This document shows positions 53,339 to 64,000 of a stretch of 64,000 nucleotides of DNA, piece after piece; positions within the stretch are counted from its first letter, which is position 1; every line of letters starts with the position of its first letter. The notes below the pieces were generated by a model that saw nothing but the letters and a program-made list of their open reading frames with translations, had not been told where the DNA came from and did not search any database. The DNA lies in contig OZ024759.1 of the NCBI GenBank assembly GCA_964016885.1, positions 29,078,001-29,142,000 on the forward strand. Reading direction: 5' to 3'. This stretch comes from Eledone cirrhosa. Lineage: Eukaryota. A program made the position numbers and the translations under genes.

Positions 53339-53614
53339 ATTGCTGCTTCTTACTTTTTTTCTTTCTGTATATAATTATTCTTTTTATTACCTATGTCTTC
53401 CAGAGATCCAGGGATCCAATTGTGGGAGTAGTTTCCAATATTACTGTACCCCCACAGAGGATATTTTGTTTAATATTGTCTCTTTTCTTTCTTTCTTTTT
53501 CATTTCTCTGTCTATATTTGTATATTATGTATAATTCACACCTTTCTCTTACATTTATATCTGTCTGTCTATATGTATGCATATATATATATATATAGAA
53601 ATCCGTAGAGCAAA

Positions 53615-53737
53615 TATTTATTATTAGTACAGGTTAAAAGTTTAAGCAATAAATTCCTTCTTTCACCCTGATGATCCCGCTTAAGGTGAAAGCAGAAATT
53701 TATTGCTTAAACTTTTAATCTGTACTAATAATAAATA
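53615..53737. mobile_element. Fold-back element with about 50-bp arms and a hammerhead-like core at the loop
   Basis: tatttattattagtacaggttaaaagtttaagcaataaatt...CTGATGA(53668)tcccgcttaaggtGAAAgcag...aatttattgcttaaacttttaatctgtactaataataaata; a homologous arm lies at 551-600. Confidence 0.65.
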
Positions 53738-53807
53738 CGTGTGCCTGTATATATATATATATATATGAAAGAAGGAATTTATATATATATATTTATATTT
53801 ATATATA

Positions 53808-53850
<43 letters not shown>

Positions 53851-53919
53851 GAAGGAATTTATATATATATATATATTTATATATTTATATATATATATAT
53901 ATATATGAAAGAAGGAATT

Positions 53920-54060
<141 letters not shown>

Positions 54061-55380
54061 TTGAAAGGAATGGGGGTGAGTAAACTCCTCATGGATATAA
54101 AACAAAAGTTTGTTTTTTTTAAAATTGGTATTCAAAATGATTGTAATTATTATTGTTATTATTATGTTGTGTATTATTGTAAATAAATTGTTTTATCAGA
54201 TGCAATATTTGATCTTGAGATAATGGTTGTACTATTACTACTACTACTACAGTATTTGGTAGGCTCTCGCTGTCTCTAAGATACATATCATTATGCCTAA
54301 CATTATTTAAATTGCTAAATTTTTAATGACATCCTCATCACCATCCATTTGCCCTGCTAGCAAGGGTTTGATAGGTCTACATAAACCAAGTCAGTACTGA
54401 AGCGGGGCTACTAATCTCCCAGACAGGCCAGCAACCTGTCATGTCGCTTATGTAAGGTCTCACGTTATACTGAGGATCCTCCCAACCCTTTGACAAGCTT
54501 TCTGTGGTTGGATGCCCTTCCTATCACCAACCACTGCCTGTGATTTTTAAATCACTTTGAAAATAAGCTTGAATTTAGAACAATCTAAGCTGGCATCTGT
54601 GATATAACTTAATAAAGGCTCTCACTTAATATTATGATGGAAGATTTTTACATAAATATAAACACTTCAAATACCTGATCTACCAGAGCTCAGCTACCTC
54701 AGTGCCAAGTTCAATATCTTGATAGTGGACCTGGTAATGGTGATGAGAAATGTGTCCCACGTGTATGATCCCACAGGATTAAACAGGCACATACAGCATT
54801 TCATTCACCATATGAATTAGTTTTATAGTGTTAAATCAAGGCTGTTTTCAGGCAGTTTGATATCAAAGGGTTTTTTTTTTAAATGTCTATCACTCCAGAA
54901 CCACAAAGACATGTAAAGCTACATTCACATGCCATAAGCCTGTTTGTTATCTTAAGGATTTTTAATTGATTTTTTTTTTTTTTTTCCATTTCTTAATTAA
55001 GTATTCAAATTAATTAATAAATCACTGATTAGATAGGGTGGAATGGAATCTGTTAATTTATATAAAAGATCAATTATAAGTAAATAAATTAGATACCGTT
55101 TTTTTTAATTGGACTATAATGAAAGACACACACACACACACACCATTACCACACAACCCGAGAGAGCAGTACTCAGCAAGGGTTCTCACCAAGATAATTT
55201 AACACTATCTGTAATATCTACAATTGTTAAAAACTCCCTCTAATGCCCCCTTTCCCTCTTTCTTATATTCTCCTCCCCTTTTGTCTTCAGTAGTACCATT
55301 ATCTCAAAATCTGGGAATATTGGATCAGTAGAATTTAAAACTAACTCTAATTTATCTCCATGTTGTATTTCACTTTATCA

Positions 55381-55977
55381 CAACACTACAATGACACTAG
55401 AACAACACTACAATACTACAATGGCACTACAGTAGTAACACTGATGCCACATTGACACTGCAACATTACAAGAACAATACTACGACTGCACTACAACAAC
55501 ACTGCAACGATGCTACAATAAACTACAACACTACAATGACACTAGAACAACACTACAATACTACAATGACACTACAGTAGTAACACTGATGCCACATTGA
55601 CACTGCAACATTACAAGAACAATACTACGACTGCACTACAACAACACTGCAACGATGCTACAATAAACTACAACACTACAATGACACTAGAACAACACTA
55701 CAATACTACAATGACACTACAGTAGTAACACTGATGCCACATTGACACTGCAACATTACAAGAACAATACTACGACTGCACTACAACAACACTGCAACGA
55801 TGCTACAATAAACTACAACACTACAATGACACTAGAACAACACTACAATACTACAATGACACTACAGTAGTAACACTGATGCCACATTGACACTGCAACA
55901 TTACAAGAACAATACTACGACTGCACTACAACAACACTGCAACGATGCTACAATAAACTACAACACTACAATGACAC
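55381..55977. repeat. Satellite, 145-bp unit x about 4.1, built from about 11-bp caacactacaa submers
   Basis: Units start at 55381, 55526, 55671, 55816, 55961. Confidence 0.92.
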
Positions 55978-56198
55978 AGCGACAATACTGCGACTGCACT
56001 ACAACAACACTACAATGACACTACAACCGCAGTAAAACAACACTTATCATATTTAATCACTTTCAATTTTTTTTATTTCCTTTCTTTCTATTTTGTTTCC
56101 ATTATCATTATCATTATTATTATTATTACACATTAAATATTATTTCTTAAAAGTGCATGACACGTTTTCTTTGTTTATATATATATTATAGACATGTA

Positions 56199-56227
<29 letters not shown>

Positions 56228-56234
<7 letters not shown>

Positions 56235-56456
56235 CGTTATAGACATATGTGTCTATATATATATACGTTATAGACATATGTGTGTATATTTATATATATA
56301 CGTTATAGACATATGTGTGTATATTTATATATATACGTTATAGACATATGTGTGTATATTTATATATATACATTATAGACATATGTGTGTATATTTATAT
56401 ATATACATTATAGACATATGTGTGTATATTTATATATATACATTATAGACATATGT
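56228..56456. repeat. 35-bp minisatellite
   Basis: Repeated cgttatagacatatgtgtgtatatttatatatata. Confidence 0.9.
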
Positions 56457-58119
56457 ATATATATATTTAATTCCTTTCTGCCTGTGCTGTAAGACAATTG
56501 TTGTCCAAGCAAGCAATTATCAGAAGTGTTTGGTGGGGTGGTAGTGAAGATGTTTAGTGCACACAGCATGTAACAATGTAGGGCTTATATAAATAAAGGG
56601 TAATTATTAAAGTTTAGTGAGTACAGCACCAGGGATTGTAGGGTGTATTGGGGATGTTTGCGAGGTAATTCCTTTAGTTTTGGGGACTCTATAACATACA
56701 TAATAAATATATATATATATATGTGTGTGTGTGTGTTTCCCGGGTTCAATCGGGGGTAACCACAGTAAGTAAGGTACTCAAGAAGCCATTTCTATATTAA
56801 ATATTATATATATATATAATCCATATGTAGATAACAGCTGAGAGAAAAGAGAGTACTCAATACCAAAGGGGGAAGGGTCGGTCACAATATTCCTCAGCTT
56901 ATATTCAAGTATATTCAGTAATGAGAAAGTTAGTTTATTTTACTAAATCTCTCCGAATTTTTGATTATTTACAAAATGATTTGAAAACCATCGACAATGG
57001 CTTTCATAAAAACAATATGGTTAAAAAAGTGTCATAATTAAGGGGGAGATTGTAGGCTGTTGTTTGATTTAGGCCCCTTTTCCTCTTAATTAAGCAGATC
57101 TATGGTGATGGATGTTGTTCCAGCTGTGACCATCCTATTTTTTCATACATTTGGGGCTTGTAGGTTGAGGCTTTCATAGTGAGATAGTGATAATTTGATT
57201 TATTAGTAGAAACTGAGTTAAACTGGAAGACTAATAAGTGGACACTATTTTGATAATAAATGGGGAATTAAATATATATATATATATATATATACATTTA
57301 TTATTAGTTTTTTGTTTCATTTTTAACTATTTATTTTGAGTTTTCATGAGTTCAAAACAGAAAAACAATTCATTTTGTTCTTTTTTTGTTGTAATTTTTA
57401 CAGAATTATAAGGTATAGTATTTTTATTTTTATTTAGTTTTGGTCTGTTTCTATTTAATTTTTACAAAAAAAATTTCAACATTTGGAGAAAAATAAATAA
57501 AATAAAGACATGCCAAAAACCAAACAAAAAAAATACCAACTGACTCTTATCTATCTATCTATCTCTATCTTTCTCATTTCAAGTGCATTAATGTTAAGTG
57601 TGTTTGTATTTTTTTTTTATATATATAATTTTTTTTTTCTGCATTGTGATTTAATGCTCTCTCCTCCACCATCCGACCACTACCCCCTCACTGGTACCCA
57701 ATATGTTTCTTGTTAGGGTGCCACAAAAACTACTCACAGAGAGACCCCCCAATGTTACATTACACACACACACACACACATACCTGCACATTGTATATCC
57801 ATGCACATACATACACTCACCTTTGTTGTTGTTGTTTCACGACCATGTGTTCTTCTACACCCCACCCACCCCCCACCTGCCGCCACCACCATCACCACCG
57901 CCCCCATCACCACTATCATCATTGCTTATCTCTATTCTCTTTACTTTGTTTACACAACAAATCTAGGGTACCTTATGTGTATATACATACATATGTGTTT
58001 GTGTGTGTGTATATATATATACTTGCATATATATGTAGCTATATTTTCTGCTGTTTCTTCTTGCACAAAACTATTCTCATTAACCCTTTCATAAAAAGCA
58101 TTCAACATACACCATATGT

Positions 58120-58566
58120 ATCATCATCATCATCATCATCATCACTGTTTTACGTCCATTCTTCCACGCTAGCATGGGTTAGACGGGTTGTCCTGTTGTG
58201 GGCAGTGTCTGGTCTGCTGACCTTGTCTTGCTCATACAGTAACTGATTCTGGCTTGATTTCTACAGCTGGATGCCCTTCCTAACACCAACCTCATTTACA
58301 GTGAGTGCTGGGTGCTTTTTTGCCGTGGCGCCTACATGTCTACTTTACAGTGTGGGCTGGGTGCTTTTTTGCTGTGGCACTTCCACGACCACTTTGCAGT
58401 GGCATGATAGGGACCCAAGTCCCTATCATCTCATTTCTACAGCTGAGTAAACTGGAGCAATGTGAAATAAAGTGTCTTGCTCAAGGAAACAACACATCAC
58501 CCGGTCTGAGAATTGAACTCCCAACCTTTCGATTGCAAGCCCAATGCTCTAACCACTAAGCTATGT
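58120..58566 (-). mobile_element. SINE family B variant (extra internal repeat unit, alternative tail)
   Basis: Head at 58566 reading leftwards; duplicated tttacagtg..gctgggtgcttttttgc unit. Confidence 0.87.
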
Positions 58567-58683
58567 ATATATATCCGTGTGTAGTTAATGGACAAAAGAA
58601 AAGAGAACTCAATACCGAAGTAATAGTACAAGTATGCTGGGTGAAACTGCAGAAACTCACTACTTAGTCATAATAAATGAATA

Positions 58684-58718
<35 letters not shown>

Positions 58719-58930
58719 TTCTACATACATATATACACACAAGTACATACATATATAGTGTACGGTAATTTGGTTATGAATATCCACAGTTGGGAAAGCA
58801 ATGCGTCCATGACACATTTTGTGGTATACGAAGAACCCAACCATTATACAGCAGTGTCGAAATAGGTTTAGGATCTATCTAATGACAAACCAGTAGAAAA
58901 AAAAAAGGAATATAGTTTATATATATATAT

Positions 58931-59274
58931 GGAGGCACATGGCTTAGTGGTTAGAGCATTGGCCTTGCAATCGAAAGGTTGTGAGTTCAATTCTCAGACC
59001 GGGTGATGTGTTGTTTCCTTGAGCAAGACACTTTATTTCACATTGCTCCAGTTTACTCAGCTGTAGAAATGAGATGATAGGGACTGGGGTCCATATCATT
59101 CCACTGCAAAGTGGTCGTGGAGGTGCCACGGCAAAAAAGCACCCAGCACTCACTGTAAATGAGGTTGGTGTTAGGAAGGGCATCCAGCTGTAGAAACCAA
59201 GCCAAAATCAGTTCCCGTCCCACCCTTGCAAGCAGGGAAAAAGCGGACGTAAAATGAAATGATGATGATGATGA
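58931..59274 (+). mobile_element. SINE family B, full length
   Basis: Near-identical to 17889-18229. Confidence 0.9.
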
Positions 59275-59966
59275 TATATATATGTTGTGTGTGTGCTTAT
59301 TTCTCATGAATCTCTTTCACACTCTCATTTACCTCCTCCTCCCCATGGTCTTGTCACTTCTATGTCATCAGTTTAAGTTCATCTTATTTCAACAAAGAAT
59401 ACAAAATACTCACACAAAGCCTTCTGTTTGTAGAATCATAGCATTGAAATAAATGGCTCTAACTTTGATCTTTTGTTTAAAACCCAAAAAATTCTTTGGA
59501 TCACTTAAAACAATATTCAAGTGGTAGGGTTGATTTAATCAACTTCACCATCCCCAAAACATGTTCTGGTCTTCTTTTACTTATATTATTAAGTTAGAAA
59601 TATATATATATATACACACACATACATATAAAAAAAGGGTTATGGAATTATTTTCTAAAACAGAATAGAAACACTAAATGTCAGGTCTGTAGGAGATGTG
59701 ATTCAATTATGCCCCTGCTCCAAGTTATGCCATACAAATCATTGTAGGCATTCTACATATAATATATAAATGTGTGTATACACAAGCACACACATATATA
59801 TAAGTATGTATGTATAATTCAAATCTATTGCAATAAATTAAATAACATGATTATCCAATTCCTTTTTGGCATCTGCAGGCTGTAATATAAGCAAACATTC
59901 CATGTTCAGAAATTGCTAAATTTAGTCATGTATGTGCATATATATAGATATGTATATATATAGATA

Positions 59967-60026
<60 letters not shown>

Positions 60027-60357
60027 TATAGATATATAGATATATACGGTTCTAATTGTACCAACTGACATGTCCCAGATTCTAAAATAATGCTGTTCCT
60101 TCTTTAAAGTTAATTATTAATTAACAGTTAGCTAAATGTAAGTAAATTTAGTATTACTAGCTTATTAGTTTTCCAATAATATTGTTAAATCCGCAGATTG
60201 TTCTGCTGTTTCTTCACTAAGAGTTAATTATTAATCGCTAGATGTTAGGCTTTGTGGTATTTAGTCGTGTACATTCACATTTTAGGTTCAAATCCTGTAG
60301 AAGTTGACTTTGCTTTTTATCATTCCATGGTCAATAAAATTATGTACCAACTAAATA

Positions 60358-60531
60358 TGTTTCTACTTTTGGCACAAGGCCAGCAATTACCCCAGTGCAT
60401 TATTGGTGCTTTATTTTATCGGCTCCGTAAGGATGAAAGGCAAAGCTAACCTCAGCGAGATAGGAACTCAGAACGTAAAGGGCCATACCTCCATGCTGCA
60501 AAGCATGCCACCTGACGCTCTAACGATACTG
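60358..60531 (-). mobile_element. SINE family A
   Basis: Matches the family A consensus. Confidence 0.75.
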
Positions 60532-61829
60532 TCTTAGTAATGAAGCAATAATTTTAGTAAATCCCTCAAAATTTTTCATCAATCCTTTTGATACCAACAC
60601 AACCTTGGCCCTGGTTCTGTGGAATAAATCCTCCCATTTTAAAGGGTTACCTTTAAAGTTATATCTTAGTCATGAAATAATTAATAATTCTTAAAAAATC
60701 CCCCCAAATTCTTCAACAATTGGCTATGGTTTTATGAAAGAATACCACTTATAACATGACATACCAGTTAAATATTGGTGCTTGAGAGAATAGTCTGTAC
60801 TTCTAACTCTCCACAGTTTGAAGTCTTGTGTTAGAAATTCATTTTAATTTTTTTTAAACCAATCTACTTTAAGCTTCTTCAGGTTCGATGAAATAAAACC
60901 ACCCATTTTAAAGGGTCACTATTTATATCAAAGTCTTATATTGAAAACGTTTTGTTGATCCTTCTTATACAAACCTTTCTAAAACCACTCTGGGTTCTAT
61001 CAAATAAAAACACCCTATTTTAAAATTAAAACTTTCCAACATAATTTAATATAGGTTAAGTTACAAATGCCAACTAAATATTAAAATTGCTATTGCTAAC
61101 TTATTAATTCAATAATCATGGATTTGGTTGTTAAAATTAATATAATATATTGATTTTATTTCAAACTAAATATTGTTAACTTATATCTGCATAACTCCAA
61201 TAATTGTTGATTTGTTCATTAAAGTTGATACATGAATTAGTTTTAAACTAAATATTGTGTTTTAAAAATTATATTGATAACTTATTTATCCAATAATTAT
61301 TAATCTGTTTATTAAAGTTAATACATAGATTAGTTTTAAACTGAATATTATTATTTTTATGATATTGATAATTTATTTATCCAATAATTATTGATCTATT
61401 CGTGGATTAGTTTTAAACGAAATATTAAATAATAATAAAAATTATATTGCTAACTTATTTATCCAATAATTATTGATTTATAATCAATCAGTGTGTAAAT
61501 CAATGCTACACTTTCTCCTACGTGTGTGTTTGTTTGTGTTTTCAAATTCTTCTTTGTCCAGTTCATTCTTGCTGCGTTGTTCTTGTTGTTCTTGGTGTTC
61601 TGGGATGTGCCATCATCACTCATATAATACAACACTACTACTATTACTACTACTATTAGTAGTACTTATTGGTACTACTATTGTTACTGGTATTCATGTC
61701 ATCCCCTTAACCCTACCTACCACCCCTCATACTGGATTGTTTTGTTTTTTTGTTTTCAGTCTACTGTTTTCTTCTAAAAAATGTCTAAACACACACACAC
61801 TCATATACATACACATACATATATATATA

Positions 61830-62750
61830 TATAAACACACACACATATATGTAAACACAAATATATACATATATACACATTTAGACATGTATATGTGTGT
61901 ATACATACATGTTTGTATTATATATGAATACACACATACATATATAGTATATAAACACAAATGTATACATATATACACATTTAGACATGTATATGTGTGT
62001 ATACATACCTGTTTGTATTATATATGAATACACACATACATATATAGTATATAAACACAAATATATACATACGTACACATTTAGACATGTATATGTGTGT
62101 ATACATACATGTTTGTATTATATATGAATACACACATACATATATAGTATATAAACACAAATATATACATACGTATACATTTAGACATGTATATGTGTGT
62201 ATACATACATGTTTGTATTATATATGAATACACACATACATATATAGTATATAAACACAAATATATACATACGTATACATTTAGACATGCATATGTGTGT
62301 ATACATACATGTTTGTATTATATATGAATACACACATACATATATAGTATATAAACACAAATATATACATACGTACACATTTAGACATGTATATGTGTGT
62401 ATACATACATGTTTGTATTATATATAAATATATACACACATACATATATAGTATATAAACACAAATATATACATACGTACACATTTAGACATGTATATGT
62501 GTGTATACATACCTGTTTGTATTATATATAAATATATACACACATACATATATAGTATATAAACACAAATATATACATACGTACACATTTAGACATGTAT
62601 ATGTGTGTATACATACTTGTTTGTATTATATATGAATACATACATACATATATAGTATATAAACACAAATATATACATACGTACACATTTAGACATGTAT
62701 ATGTGTGTATACATACATGTTTGTAGTATATATAAATATATACACACGCA
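61830..62750. repeat. Satellite, 100/104-bp unit x about 9, TA/CA-derived
   Basis: ttagacatg recurs at 61881, 61981, 62081, 62181, 62281, 62381 and beyond. Confidence 0.93.
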
Positions 62751-63116
62751 TACATGAATCCCTGTCCTATATGGTCTGTATTCTTGTTCTGGTGAAAACT
62801 GGCATAAGCAATGAAAGATAGTCAAAGAACTGTCCAATCCAGAAAGTTCTAACAATCATTTATAAAAGACACTTCAAAATTATATATGTATATATATCTA
62901 AACTGTGTGTGTCCCAAATGACCATAATAATAAAAATAAAAATGATAGTCAAGCACTGTAAATAATAGTTGGAGAATGGAAAAAGTTGACCAGAGTTGAA
63001 CCCTGTTTCTCAGACATGAGTTGAATGCATTAACCACTAGGCTAAAGAAACACTGGGCACCAATGCTGTCTTAGAAGAATTTAAGCCTATAGTTAGAAGT
63101 ATAAACAACAGTTGGC

Positions 63117-63369
63117 TTAACCCTTTAGCATTTACATTACTCTATATTTACTATTGTATTTTTGTGGTAAAGGTGTTATCTCACAACATTTACATTACTC
63201 TATATTTACTATTGTATTTTTGTGGTAAAGGTTTTACCTCACATAATATCGAAGCTTCGAGATTTTGAGAACAATACATCAGTATAAGCAGTCGGTTATG
63301 GGTGGTTTGAACAGAAAGAAGTTAGAGAATGTTGGCCAGATATGGCCGGTTTAAATGCTAAATGGTTAA
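63117..63369. mobile_element. piggyBac-like MITE with TTAA ends
   Basis: TTAAccctttagcattt...aaatgctaaatggTTAA, with an internal tandem duplication of about 60 bp. Confidence 0.72.
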
Positions 63370-64000
63370 GAAGCATTGCTAGAATTGTGCAGATAATCAT
63401 GATAATAATTGTCAATCTTTATAAATGATAAAGAAAAATGTATAACACAATACTCCTACTTTACAGCAATTCCCCACCACACACACACATTCATTTATTT
63501 AATGTTTGACTCTCATTTTTACTGCTCTCTTGTTGTAAAATTATCAATTGGTGATATCATGATGTCAGCAAAATATAATAGGTATAATAATTTATGGTGG
63601 TGGACCTATTGAAGAACAAATTGTAGGATTTGTTTATTTAGAACTGTTCCAGTTAACCACAGAATTGTGTTGATATGGGCAACTTTTGAAATCCAAACAA
63701 AGCTAAGATATATATATAACATTTACATTGACCCTGTATTTATATATGGGTTAAATTGTGTCACCTAGTCTGAAAAAAACAACAACTCCCAAATATTGAA
63801 GAATTTTAAAACCATGTTATGAGATATATTTTTGGTCGACCCCTGACTGACATAGTTAAAATATTATAACTATGGCCACAACATAAACCAAGATGAGATG
63901 CAATTTTTTTCAAAGTTTGGCTACATCAAATAAGGAGAGGGGTGTCTCTTTAAAATCTGTCTGGGGTTTATGTATGGTACCTGGAAAAGAGAAACCAAGA

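Noticed and set aside
55270-55330. Strong acceptor ttttgtcttcag as the IgIII C-half exon
   Set aside because: Followed immediately by an in-frame TAG in phase 0 and no DxGxYxC motif.
58805-58875. tccATGAcac...gtgtcGAAAtaggtttagga hammerhead-like remnant on +
   Set aside because: Needs several core deletions to fit; too degenerate to call.

Overview
AT-rich eukaryotic genomic DNA saturated with microsatellites. The repeat repertoire (tRNA-derived SINEs with RTE-type tails, dense TA/CA/CAT tracts) suggests an invertebrate, probably a coleoid cephalopod such as Octopus; this is an inference. The only protein-coding gene I can support is the 5' part of a fibroblast growth factor receptor (FGFR-family) gene on the + strand. 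Seven phase-compatible GT-AG exons (20552-20633, 41712-41856, 42811-42935, 45614-45667, 49722-49879, 51093-51210, 52366-52553) join into 870 nt / 290 aa: signal peptide, IgI, linker, IgII and the first half of IgIII. The rest of the gene presumably lies beyond the window. Everything else is intron or flank, filled with SINEs, RTE and HERO-like LINE fragments, MITEs and minisatellites. The most striking non-coding signal is about ten minimal type-I hammerhead-ribozyme motifs (CUGANGA...GAAA...NUH) from several sequence families. Most abut TA/TG microsatellites and several sit in long fold-back inverted repeats, the architecture of Penelope-like or retrozyme relics. Inside the FGFR gene the free-standing motifs are antisense, while the recognisable sense-strand cores are locked inside hairpins.
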